Part shown: piece by piece, positions 8,990 through 17,523 of the stretch
How positions within the stretch are numbered: the stretch's first letter is position 1
Layout of the letters: every line of letters begins with the position of its first letter
DNA from: a virus
Length of the DNA stretch: 64,000 bases
Virus record (IMG/VR): IMGVR_UViG_3300045988_162372
Strand: one strand, 5' to 3'
Program-made: the position numbers and the translations under genes
The notes under the pieces: model-generated
Seen by the model: only the letters and a program-made list of their open reading frames with translations
What the model was told of the DNA's origin: nothing
Database searches by the model: none

Positions 8990-10447
8990 CTATTTAGATA
9001 GCATATTTTTAGCCTCTGCTCTTGCCTTTGCAGCGGCAATCTCCATATCTCTTTCCATATCATTTGCATTCTCAATAGCTGATGTGTCTGCATCAATGTT
9101 ACTCATATCAAATTTACAAGTACCGTTGTTAAACGCAACATTATAGAATTGATTTCTGGTTATCTTACCACTTCTTAGTTTGGCTAAGAATATGTTCATT
9201 CTACCTTGCGTTTTTTGATCATCTGTTTGTGCAAATGTAATAACGACATGGGCTGCTTGTGTCTTCTTAATAGAACCACCGCCTTGTGCCAAACCTACCT
9301 TATCCAAACCAATACTTTCCCTGTTACCTTGAACTGGTATCCAAATGGCGATATTATATTTATTGGTCATCTTTTCCAATTTTCTAATAGTAATGCCTTC
9401 TTTTTCCCAAGTATCTGCCTTTGAATATTGTATCCTTTCAGGCGCAAGACATTCAAAATAGTCTATAATAACCATATCAGGTCTAAATCCAACAGCTATC
9501 TCCCTTTTAATCAAGGCTTCTATATCAGATGCAGTAGTTGTCATTGATTCCATTCTGATTGCCTTAATATTCTCATACATCAACTGTCGTTTTTCTTGGT
9601 CTTCATTCATCTTTTCAAGGGCTAATTCCTTAATTTGTGGATCTGAAAGGTACATTGCATCAAAATCAGTAAAGAAACCATAATATTTGCGTCTAATATC
9701 CACCTCAGTATCTTCAAAAAAGATATGCAAGACCTTCCATCCTTTATAATTGTTTTCTTTACACTTAGTAATGGCGGCATTTGCCGCAAAACCTGTTGTA
9801 GCTGAGGTCTTGCCAGTACCCATCGGACTTATTATAATTCCAAGCTGCCCTTTACCAATACCCCCGTACAAGGCATCATCAAGTTTATCCGCGCCAGTTG
9901 GAATAGTAATACGATAATCCTCGCTCAAATCACTTTCAAGGTTCTCGAACAATCTAAAACCCAAGTCTTTCTTCTCATTTGTTTCAATTGCTTTCTGTAT
10001 CTTATCCACAATCTCATTATATCTGTTGAAATCACCCATGCGGATAATATCCTCGGTTTCCTTTAATGCCTTGATAAGATTCTGTTGTTTAAAGAACTTG
10101 AAACAAGTGTCCTCAATCAAGTCAATAGACTCCATTTTAATATCGTAAATCTCTTTAAGCATTGAAATCATAATATTACGAGATATTTCATCTGAAACCC
10201 TCGATCTTATGATAACTTTTAAATCACTATATGATGGTACAATTTCAACTTCAGCATATCTGTCTTTCATAAACCCTACAATTCTTCGCAAATTCTCATT
10301 TGTGAATTTATTTTGGTCTAATACAGAATACAATTCACCAAAATATTGTTTATCTTCAATAAGACACTTTACAAATAATTTTTGATATTCTTCGCCTAAA
10401 AATCCTAGGTCATTCTTATTTACATTTGCAATATTATTATTTGCCAT
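8990..10447 (-). CDS. replicative DNA helicase, DnaB / T4 gp41-like
   Basis: Walker A motif GIIISPMGTGKTS and RecA-like C-terminal core (VIIDYFECL, IAIWIPVQGNRES). 485 aa. Confidence 0.8.
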   Translation of the reverse strand: MANNNIANVNKNDLGFLGEEYQKLFVKCLIEDKQYFGELYSVLDQNKFTNENLRRIVGFMKDRYAEVEIVPSYSDLKVIIRSRVSDEISRNIMISMLKEIYDIKMESIDLIEDTCFKFFKQQNLIKALKETEDIIRMGDFNRYNEIVDKIQKAIETNEKKDLGFRLFENLESDLSEDYRITIPTGADKLDDALYGGIGKGQLGIIISPMGTGKTSATTGFAANAAITKCKENNYKGWKVLHIFFEDTEVDIRRKYYGFFTDFDAMYLSDPQIKELALEKMNEDQEKRQLMYENIKAIRMESMTTTASDIEALIKREIAVGFRPDMVIIDYFECLAPERIQYSKADTWEKEGITIRKLEKMTNKYNIAIWIPVQGNRESIGLDKVGLAQGGGSIKKTQAAHVVITFAQTDDQKTQGRMNIFLAKLRSGKITRNQFYNVAFNNGTCKFDMSNIDADTSAIENANDMERDMEIAAAKARAEAKNMLSK

Positions 10448-10519
10448 TATTTATTTATATTTTTTAAAAATTGGTTAAAATAAATATGGTTAATCTTTCA
10501 GAACTGACGGTAATAAAAT

Positions 10520-10568
10520 GACAGCCTAATTTAATTATTGCGAAAAGCAATGCATAGATTAGACTGTC
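10520..10568 (-). terminator. hairpin terminator after 10590..11393
   Basis: Outer arms GACAGCCTAAT (10520..10530) / ATTAGACTGTC (10558..10568) pair at 10 of 11 positions. An inner ATTGC/GCAAT stem is nested inside. The minus strand continues ATTTTATTAC. Confidence 0.45.
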
Positions 10569-10589
10569 GCTAAGTTTTTACACAAAAAA

Positions 10590-11393
10590 TTACAAATACT
10601 TGTTAATTCTCTCTATCTGTCGCTGCGAAGGATACATTGTATTGAAGTATTCCTTTGTCTTGCTTTCAGTTGCCTTTCTCCAATCGTTCACTGCTTCCTC
10701 ATTATACAATGAAAAACGGTATTTCTTATCACCATACTTTTCTTTCTTTGTATAAACTCCGTACTTTTCAGTGTATGTCGAGCTTGTTACATCACAAATT
10801 TTACGGATAATAGTATAGATTAGGTCTGTCTTGTCAATTGTCATGGCTCTTACAACTGCAACATTGAAATGAAGCGACATAGGGTCTTTATCCTTATAAA
10901 GATGGTTGGAATTTGTTAAATCCACGCTGTTCCTTACATACTTGGGATAATCTCCACCATCCCAAATTTCCTCATAAACTGGTTTGTTATCCATAAGGAA
11001 TGCGAATTTGAATGTGTATTCATAGGGTTTAGGTCTTTCAGTGTCTATATAATAATCAATAGCATTTTCTGGATATTCGAGATAAGTAGTTGTTGATGTT
11101 TTCTCATTAATTTCCTCACAAGTTTTGCCAAACCCTGTAAGTTTAAGAGGTGTATTTCGTGTAAACCATTGGTAAACACGACTCTTAGATTCCAAATCTT
11201 GCCTAATGATGCCTACTATCTCATCAATTGTCTCTCTCAATTCATAACTTTCCAATGAATCATTGTTAAAACCATTAATTCTAAAATATCTTTGGCAAAT
11301 AATATTTTCATTCAGAGATAATATAAACTGAAATCTCTCCTTATATGATTCATTATTAAGTGCGACTTCTTTTTTTTGAACTTCTTGTTCCAT
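10590..11393 (-). CDS. hypothetical protein
   Basis: 267-aa ORF with its own host-type promoter. No motif recognised. Confidence 0.5.
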   Translation of the reverse strand: MEQEVQKKEVALNNESYKERFQFILSLNENIICQRYFRINGFNNDSLESYELRETIDEIVGIIRQDLESKSRVYQWFTRNTPLKLTGFGKTCEEINEKTSTTTYLEYPENAIDYYIDTERPKPYEYTFKFAFLMDNKPVYEEIWDGGDYPKYVRNSVDLTNSNHLYKDKDPMSLHFNVAVVRAMTIDKTDLIYTIIRKICDVTSSTYTEKYGVYTKKEKYGDKKYRFSLYNEEAVNDWRKATESKTKEYFNTMYPSQRQIERINKYL

Positions 11394-11464
11394 TATTCTA
11401 TAAATTTAATGCGTTAAACATAATATAACATCCACTTCAAACTTTGTTTCTCTCATCTTTTTTG

Positions 11465-11496
11465 CAAATATACTACTTTATGAGCAAACTGACAAA
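11465..11496 (-). promoter_or_regulatory. Bacteroidota sigmaA-type promoter for 10590..11393
   Basis: Minus-strand TATATTTG is at 11472..11465 and TTTG at 11496..11493, 20 nt apart. Extended match: AAGTAGTATATTTGCAAA. Confidence 0.7.
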
Positions 11497-11502
11497 TATT
11501 TC

Positions 11503-12654
11503 TCACAAATTTTTCTTCTCTTTTTCTATTACATTCTGGAATGTAGAGAAAAATGTGCTAAACCTACCTTCATCTTTAAGGTCGTCGATACCATTATCAC
11601 AAATAATACGGTATAAATTACTCATACTTCTTCCTTCTGGATCTAATGGTGCATACATTTGGCATTCAATTCTTTCAATAGCTTCGTTAGTCATTAAAGG
11701 ATGGCTTAAATCAATAATTTTTTTATTTACCTCGTAAATATTCACACCTGCCGAACTATCCGTTACTTTTTTAATGATATTTTCAGCCCAAACAAGCGGT
11801 TTTTTCTTATTCTTAACTCTTTCTTCATTGATTTTCCTTGCCTTATCAATAACCTCTTCAAGTGTAACTTTTCTTTCTTTGAATTCTTTGAAATTATTAA
11901 ATAAAGTTCTCTCCCCAAGAAGTTTTATTCCTTTAATGTTGTCAGAATCATCCCCGCAAAGCATTTTTTTAAGCACAACATTACGATAATCATAACCCAT
12001 CTCTTCCAAATGATTCTTTGTTGTGATAAATTTCTTTAACTGTTGTATATATACAATAACATCCTCGCTTATTAGTTGGGTTAAATCCCTGTCATTAGAC
12101 ATAATAACAATTTTTTCATTTGGTTTCTTATGCAAAACGTAATAAGCAATGAAATCGTCTGCTTCTACCTCATCGTCAATACATTGTCTAATAAACAATT
12201 CTTCAAGACATTCCATGATTATCTCTCTTTGTCTGAAAAATATCTCTCTATCTTTCTTCTTTTCATCTAATTTATTGTCTTTATTAAAAAGAGTACGTTG
12301 CATAAATTTAATACGCCTATTAACCTCTTTCATGTAATCAGATAGATTTTCTTCTTCAAAATTCTTGTCACGATTTGCCTTATATTCAGCCAATTCATTG
12401 AAACGGAATTGCCCTGCTCTATCACCATCCCAAAAGACATAAACATACCTAAAATTTCCCTTTGCGAGGATAATACGAAGTTGTAGAAGGAACTGGAATA
12501 TTCCTCCTACTTGTTCTCCTTTGCTTGATAATCTTTTATCCCCACTGTGTGATAGCTCTAATACATTTGAGCCATCCACAAGTAGTGTTTTAAAAGGTTT
12601 TTCATCAATCTCAGGATTATTCTGCTTGATTTTCTTGGGGATTGGCTGTGGCAT
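11503..12654 (-). CDS. 5'-3' exonuclease / flap endonuclease (T4 RNase H-like)
   Basis: PIN-like N-terminus (TLLVDGSNV, VFWDGD) and an H3TH motif (CGDDSDNIKGIKLLGERT). I prefer the start at Met32 of the track ORF (MPQPIPKK), because the upstream part overlaps the neighbouring ORF. Confidence 0.8.
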   Translation of the reverse strand: MPQPIPKKIKQNNPEIDEKPFKTLLVDGSNVLELSHSGDKRLSSKGEQVGGIFQFLLQLRIILAKGNFRYVYVFWDGDRAGQFRFNELAEYKANRDKNFEEENLSDYMKEVNRRIKFMQRTLFNKDNKLDEKKKDREIFFRQREIIMECLEELFIRQCIDDEVEADDFIAYYVLHKKPNEKIVIMSNDRDLTQLISEDVIVYIQQLKKFITTKNHLEEMGYDYRNVVLKKMLCGDDSDNIKGIKLLGERTLFNNFKEFKERKVTLEEVIDKARKINEERVKNKKKPLVWAENIIKKVTDSSAGVNIYEVNKKIIDLSHPLMTNEAIERIECQMYAPLDPEGRSMSNLYRIICDNGIDDLKDEGRFSTFFSTFQNVIEKEKKNL

Positions 12655-12940
12655 TGTCTGTTCCTGATTCTGAATTATAGGTTGTGTCTTTAAGAAAAAG
12701 AAATATATTTCCTCCTTTCGATACCAATACATCCTTTGTTTCATCAAACGTATTGATATCCTTATCCGTTACGGTAGAATTAAATTCTTCCATACTCTTG
12801 AATACTCTTACTCTCTGTATATTGTCAGATTTCGTAATGTTTCTTCTATCTCTCATCAAATTGAACATTTCAAAAGGCATCTTTGTCATTTTGCCTTCGT
12901 TCAATTCATACTCTGCTTCATTTACTAATAATACTTTCAT
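12617..12940 (-). CDS. hypothetical protein
   Basis: 107-aa ORF just downstream of the tRNA. Its 3' end overlaps the FEN gene start by 38 nt. Confidence 0.4.
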   Translation of the reverse strand: MKVLLVNEAEYELNEGKMTKMPFEMFNLMRDRRNITKSDNIQRVRVFKSMEEFNSTVTDKDINTFDETKDVLVSKGGNIFLFLKDTTYNSESGTDNATANPQENQAE

Positions 12941-12980
12941 GATACTTTTACTATAAATTAAACAATTTTACATTAATTTG

Positions 12981-13067
12981 TAGTCAAGGTGGGAGTCGAA
13001 CCCACACAAGTATTTCTACTTCCAGATCCTAAGTCTGGTGCGTCTCAACCAATTGCGCCACTTGACC
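12981..13067 (-). tRNA. tRNA-Leu, anticodon UAG (class II, long variable arm)
   Basis: The minus strand reads GGTCAAG TG GCGCAATTGGTTGAGACGC A CCAGA CTTAGGA TCTGG AAGTAGAAATACTTGT GTGGG TTCGACT CCCAC CTTGACT A. This gives a 7-bp acceptor stem (one G-U), anticodon loop CU-UAG-GA, a 5-bp T stem with a TTCGA loop, and discriminator A. CCA is not encoded. Confidence 0.9.
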
Positions 13068-13089
13068 ATTGATAATATCATTATATACG

Positions 13090-13121
13090 CAAATATACTA
13101 CTTTTTTATGATATTATCAAA
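13090..13121 (-). promoter_or_regulatory. Bacteroidota sigmaA-type promoter for the tRNA
   Basis: Minus-strand TATATTTG is at 13097..13090 and TTTG at 13121..13118, 20 nt apart. The -7 box lies 23 nt from the tRNA 5' end. Confidence 0.65.
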
Positions 13122-13130
13122 TTTTGACTG

Positions 13131-13170
13131 GATATATTTTAGCAAATTTTCTTTCTTGCTGAAATATATC
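13131..13170. other. 15-bp stem hairpin between the recombinase gene and the tRNA promoter
   Basis: GATATATTTTAGCAA (13131..13145) pairs with TTGCTGAAATATATC (13156..13170), with one G-U pair and a 10-nt loop. No clear U-tract follows on either strand. Confidence 0.5.
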
Positions 13171-13202
13171 TCATCTTCTTCCATATAAGAATTTTCATTA
13201 TA

Positions 13203-14378
13203 CTATTCTGTTAATGTTCCTTCTTCTATGAATTGTATATCTTCAGCTTTTGCACCTTCAAATTTCTCACTACCAAATACCTCTTTCATCTTTTCAAAAA
13301 TTCTTGGAACTTCTTCTTTTTTATACTTGTCCAAATCCTCTTCCGCTATAATACCATTATGAACACAACACATAGTCCCACTATAAACGATATTAAATGG
13401 TGTAGGTAGTTGATTTTTAACAACACTTAATTTAGTTAAAGTACCATACTGATATTCTTGTCCTTTCAATACTGCTTTTAATTTCTTAGTTGCAGCCTTA
13501 GAAACACCACCACAATGAAGACCTAAACGTGCTGCATAAAACATTGCTTTTCCTCCGCTGTTTTCAACAGACACTGCACCCCCCATTGAGTTCATCACAT
13601 CCTGCCAAATTTTATTGATTACAATAAATGTATTTGTGTATGGAGAACCAATCTCTTTAGAAGCTGATATTCTTCCAAAAATAGGTTTGAATGCTGTTGA
13701 TATACTACCAGCATCAAATTGGTTATTCCCAGATTTTGACATATAAGATTTATAGGACTGAATCGAACCCACTGAGTCCCAAATAAATAACAACGGCATA
13801 GGTATCTCTCCATTGTCTTGCTTATCAAGAAAAGTATTAATAATATATGCTATATCTTCTATTACTGCTACTTTGCGTTTTTTACTTTTTCTTGTAGATG
13901 TAGAGTAATCCATGTCTCCGCAAAACTCACACATTTTTGTGTTCGTGAAAAGAAAATAATCACCTTCCCAATCCACTATTTCTCGTTTGACTGTTATTTC
14001 ACCAGTTTCTTCATCTGTATATTCTACATCATCATATACAGGTTCAATTGCCATACCGCAATCTTTTGCATATTGAAAATCAAAATTTCCTTCCGTTTCA
14101 AATATTACAGGCAAAATGCCTTGTTTCATAGCATTTGCAATTGCAAGGTTTTTTAATGTACTTTTACCAGTATCTGACCATCCTCTAATAAATGTAACAC
14201 CTCTTCCCATTGGAATACCAGGTAAATTAATTGCTTCCTGATATGCTTTAGGCATCATTATCCATTCAAGTTCTTTATCAGCTGTTTTAGACGATACTTC
14301 GCCTAATAATTCATTTTTAAAATTTTGTACACTGAATTTTTTTATTCCTGCACCTTTTTTTACTGCTTGTTTAGTCAT
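13203..14378 (-). CDS. RecA/UvsX-like recombinase
   Basis: GIPMGRGVTFIRGWSDTGKSTL mirrors the RecA-family P-loop context GG(L/I)PxGRxxEIxGxxSSGKTTL. It lies directly downstream of the gp32-like SSB, as in T4-type recombination modules. Confidence 0.65.
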   Translation of the reverse strand: MTKQAVKKGAGIKKFSVQNFKNELLGEVSSKTADKELEWIMMPKAYQEAINLPGIPMGRGVTFIRGWSDTGKSTLKNLAIANAMKQGILPVIFETEGNFDFQYAKDCGMAIEPVYDDVEYTDEETGEITVKREIVDWEGDYFLFTNTKMCEFCGDMDYSTSTRKSKKRKVAVIEDIAYIINTFLDKQDNGEIPMPLLFIWDSVGSIQSYKSYMSKSGNNQFDAGSISTAFKPIFGRISASKEIGSPYTNTFIVINKIWQDVMNSMGGAVSVENSGGKAMFYAARLGLHCGGVSKAATKKLKAVLKGQEYQYGTLTKLSVVKNQLPTPFNIVYSGTMCCVHNGIIAEEDLDKYKKEEVPRIFEKMKEVFGSEKFEGAKAEDIQFIEEGTLTE

Positions 14379-14474
14379 AATTTTTAAAAATAATTTTTAC
14401 ATTAAACATTAAAATTTTGCATCTCTATATATTTGAATGAATAGGCTAACTAATAACCTATTCTTGTGTTTCTA

Positions 14475-15491
14475 TCAGAATGGTAAATCATCATCCTGGG
14501 TATTGTATTGCTGTTGGGCTGCTGCAACTTCTTCTGCATAAGCATCGGAATACATAGGTTGAGGTTCAATACCTGCTTGAGGTGTTGCTATTACATCATT
14601 CTGTGCATTTGCTACCTTCTCGCCACTATATGCTGAATTATCAACTTTCTCAACCCACTTTTGCAATGTAGTGTCATATACTGGTATCTTACCTTCTGCA
14701 ACAAGTTCAAGATATTCATAACTCTTCAAAGCATAGACATCTCTCCAATTTTTACTATCACTAATCCACTTGTTAGCCAAATCCACATCTCTTGATAAAG
14801 GTGTTTGGAAACCTGAATCAATAATATCAATGCTTGTTTTCTTTGTAGAGGGAATGTAATTCAACTTGATGGTAATATCACGACCATTATTCAAATCGAA
14901 AATAGAATAATTAGGTTGTCCTGCCATTTCAGCCTCTTCTTTACGCTGTTTATATATTTTCATCAGTTTATCATAGATACCTTGTCCGTCTGTACGGGCG
15001 TTAAATCGCCAAAACTTAACACCCTCATCTTCTTTTCCTCTCTCAATTACACGAACAATGTATGCTACTTTGCTTTGATAAGAGTAAGCCGATTTAATCA
15101 AAGTTTTCTTCTCGCCTTCATTTGTAACTGTATTTGCTTCCTTAAAAAGTTCTTTTGACCTATTACAAAAAGGGCATCCTCTACCATCATGTTCTGGTAT
15201 ATTTAAATCATTCAAGCAAACAAAAGTCTTAAAACCACTCTTTGATATTCCTTTATCAACCATAAGTGAATGAATATTAATAGCAAAGAATATATCGCCA
15301 TTCGTTGCGCTAACAGGTAAAATTCTTACCTTAATTTCCTTTTCGGTTTCACCTTCCTTTAATCTTGTATTAAGATAGTTTTTTACATCGAACTCAAATT
15401 TTTTTACAGTCTGTTGTTGTGTCTGTTCTTTAGTCTTTCTTTCTCTTTCTTCAATTGCATGACTGTCTGTGTTGATAATATAACCTGACAT
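14475..15491 (-). CDS. ssDNA-binding protein, T4 gp32-like
   Basis: KVRILPVSATNGDIFFAINIHSLMV...FKTFVC...GCPFCN parallels the gp32 Zn-binding His/Cys3 region. The acidic C-terminus ends in DDDLPF. Confidence 0.8.
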   Translation of the reverse strand: MSGYIINTDSHAIEERERKTKEQTQQQTVKKFEFDVKNYLNTRLKEGETEKEIKVRILPVSATNGDIFFAINIHSLMVDKGISKSGFKTFVCLNDLNIPEHDGRGCPFCNRSKELFKEANTVTNEGEKKTLIKSAYSYQSKVAYIVRVIERGKEDEGVKFWRFNARTDGQGIYDKLMKIYKQRKEEAEMAGQPNYSIFDLNNGRDITIKLNYIPSTKKTSIDIIDSGFQTPLSRDVDLANKWISDSKNWRDVYALKSYEYLELVAEGKIPVYDTTLQKWVEKVDNSAYSGEKVANAQNDVIATPQAGIEPQPMYSDAYAEEVAAAQQQYNTQDDDLPF

Positions 15492-15544
15492 TTTTCATAA
15501 TATATAATCTTTTATTATTCGTTACTTTACACTTTTCATTTTTG

Positions 15545-15576
15545 CAAATATACTACTTTTTCTGGTTGTTACCAAA
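15545..15576 (-). promoter_or_regulatory. Bacteroidota sigmaA-type promoter for the SSB-recombinase operon
   Basis: Minus-strand TATATTTG is at 15552..15545 and TTTG at 15576..15573, 20 nt apart. Extended match: AAGTAGTATATTTGCAAAA. Confidence 0.7.
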
Positions 15577-15651
15577 TCTTTTTCATATAAAAATATATGG
15601 GAAATTTTTTATATTTTAAAACTCCCCATATTATAAATATCTCTTAACTTA

Positions 15652-16413
15652 TCAGAATAAGTCAAAATAGTCTGTTAGTTGTTTTGGAATATCGAATGTC
15701 TTATATGTGCTTCTATCATCCGAAGCAGCATTGTCAATGTCTTTCTGTTTTAAGACATATTCCTTATCTTCTTTATTTGGGTCTACACCGTTATCGTAAA
15801 TGACATTATAATTTCCGTCCTGAGATTTGTTGTTCCAATAATCTTTTGGTTTCACTGAATACGGAAATGATGACTGTGAACGGAGATTTAATTTCTCTGT
15901 CTCTGTCGGATTTCTCTTTTCAAATTCAGCTTTCAAATCTTCAATCTTACTATTGTTGGCTTCGATTGCTGGAATTAACTTATCAATCACTCTGGCTATT
16001 TTAATAAGTCTGTCATCAACTCCATCTATCTTGTATTCAGTTTCCTTTTGAGAATTTGTTAAATCGTCAACATCAATAACCTCATCTCCGTCCTGCATGG
16101 GTGTTGTTTCAATGCCTTCATTGCCCTGTCGTTGTGGCATGTCTTCCATAGTTTCGTCATCAGGCACTTCTGTTTCAACTGGGATATCTTCCTCTGCACC
16201 TTGTTGCATTGAAGTGTCCCCATTGTTATTTATGACATCCTGTTGCGGTTGTGTTACATCTTGAGGTTCTTGTTGATTTTGATTATTAGCATCATCCTCT
16301 CCGTCTTCTGAAATGGTAGGTGAAGTTATGAAAGTATATTCTACAATCTGTTGGAAACGTTTTGCCATATCTTCCAACTTGTATTCTTTCAATATATCTT
16401 TCTCCTTTTCCAT
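15652..16413 (-). CDS. hypothetical acidic protein
   Basis: 253-aa ORF with a strongly acidic, low-complexity N-terminal half. Confidence 0.5.
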   Translation of the reverse strand: MEKEKDILKEYKLEDMAKRFQQIVEYTFITSPTISEDGEDDANNQNQQEPQDVTQPQQDVINNNGDTSMQQGAEEDIPVETEVPDDETMEDMPQRQGNEGIETTPMQDGDEVIDVDDLTNSQKETEYKIDGVDDRLIKIARVIDKLIPAIEANNSKIEDLKAEFEKRNPTETEKLNLRSQSSFPYSVKPKDYWNNKSQDGNYNVIYDNGVDPNKEDKEYVLKQKDIDNAASDDRSTYKTFDIPKQLTDYFDLF

Positions 16414-16422
16414 TCCTCTGAA

Positions 16423-16770
16423 TTAATCATTTAAAAGCATTTTATTATCTTCCGTGAGGATAATTCTGTCATTCTCAGTTCTCTCGATAAGACCTTCATT
16501 CTTCTTAATTACTTTGGGCTTTCTCTTTGGAACTTTATTGGTCTTGATGTCATTGAGCAATTCCTCAACCTGAGCTAAATTTTCTTTATTTGCTGCCATT
16601 TCTTGCGTATCTTTAACTTCTTTATTTTCTTCATTAACAGTTTCTTCTACCACTTCTTCCATAGAAGGCTTGATTTCTTCCGCTACTTGAATTTTACAAC
16701 GTTGTTCAACGTATTTTCTACGTTTGACGTATTTAATTCTTTGCGGTTTTCTTATAAAACGATGAATCAT
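16423..16770 (-). CDS. hypothetical protein
   Basis: 115-aa ORF with a basic N-terminus and charged middle. It is preceded by the ACTATTTATATA box. Confidence 0.45.
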   Translation of the reverse strand: MIHRFIRKPQRIKYVKRRKYVEQRCKIQVAEEIKPSMEEVVEETVNEENKEVKDTQEMAANKENLAQVEELLNDIKTNKVPKRKPKVIKKNEGLIERTENDRIILTEDNKMLLND

Positions 16771-16791
16771 AATTCAATATAGTTTTTCTTC

Positions 16792-16803
16792 TATATAAAT
16801 AGT
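16792..16803 (-). promoter_or_regulatory. ACTATTTATATA box (candidate phage-specific promoter) upstream of 16423..16770
   Basis: The plus-strand 12-mer TATATAAATAGT is identical to copies at 56843..56854 and 63103..63114. It ends 21 nt before the ATG. Confidence 0.4.
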
Positions 16804-16805
16804 CA

Positions 16806-17420
16806 TCAACTCTTAAAATAACTGTAAAACACTGGTATATAATGTTTGTTTGTAAAGGATAATTCCCTTAATTTTCTGTTTAAAAATGAAATTCCGTTGA
16901 AGATTATAATATTTTCATTGTTTTTCAACTTATTTAACACTTTTGCTTTCTTAATTCCTATATACTCACATAAATCAAGTGACAAACCTATCACAGTGTG
17001 CTTGTTCTCATTGTATATATATAGGAATTTGTTTCTTTCGTTATAAACAACTTTTCTTGACTGGTTAGATAAATACTTTATGAAACGTTTTGTTTCACTT
17101 AGAGGGCAATTAATCAAGTCGAAATAAAAATATTTTATATTTTTATATACTTTCTCAATCGAAATATTATAAAATTTATCAATATCCTCGTCGTATTCAT
17201 ATTTTCTTTCAGTTTTTCCAAAAGTCCAATACAAATTCTGTTCTGGATACCATTTTTTCAAAATATCATAATCCTTTACCCATTTTTGAGCATTTTGATA
17301 CCCAATAATAAGTGTCGGTAATTGAGGTATTGTATCAACGAGTGTATTACACCTCTTGAAAGTCTTGTCAAGATTAACCTTTGAATTATCTGTTATAACT
17401 ACATTTCCTATATAATCCAT
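16806..17420 (-). CDS. hypothetical protein
   Basis: 204-aa ORF with a host-type promoter 51 nt upstream. Confidence 0.5.
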   Translation of the reverse strand: MDYIGNVVITDNSKVNLDKTFKRCNTLVDTIPQLPTLIIGYQNAQKWVKDYDILKKWYPEQNLYWTFGKTERKYEYDEDIDKFYNISIEKVYKNIKYFYFDLINCPLSETKRFIKYLSNQSRKVVYNERNKFLYIYNENKHTVIGLSLDLCEYIGIKKAKVLNKLKNNENIIIFNGISFLNRKLRELSFTNKHYIPVFYSYFKS

Positions 17421-17443
17421 TCTATATCTTCAATTTACTGTAA

Positions 17444-17491
17444 AAGATAAATGTAATATTTCTGCTTCTGCAAAGATACTACATTTATCTT
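17444..17491 (-). terminator. terminator hairpin after the 2116-aa gene, with a promoter -7 box in its loop
   Basis: Perfect 12-bp arms AAGATAAATGTA (17444..17455) / TACATTTATCTT (17480..17491) with a 24-nt loop. The minus strand continues with a TTTT-containing tract. Confidence 0.5.
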
Positions 17492-17501
17492 AAATTTCAA
17501 A
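17471..17501 (-). promoter_or_regulatory. Bacteroidota sigmaA-type promoter for 16806..17420
   Basis: Minus-strand TATCTTTG is at 17478..17471 and TTTG at 17501..17498, 19 nt apart. Confidence 0.65.
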
Positions 17502-17523
17502 ACAAAATTCGTACAAACATCAA

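Noticed and set aside
12655-12747. The N-terminal 31 codons of the track ORF 11503..12747 (MMKQRMYWYRKEEIYFFFLKTQ...).
   Set aside because: This part overlaps the 107-aa ORF in another frame and looks non-protein-like. The conserved FEN domain begins shortly after Met32, so I moved the start to 12654.
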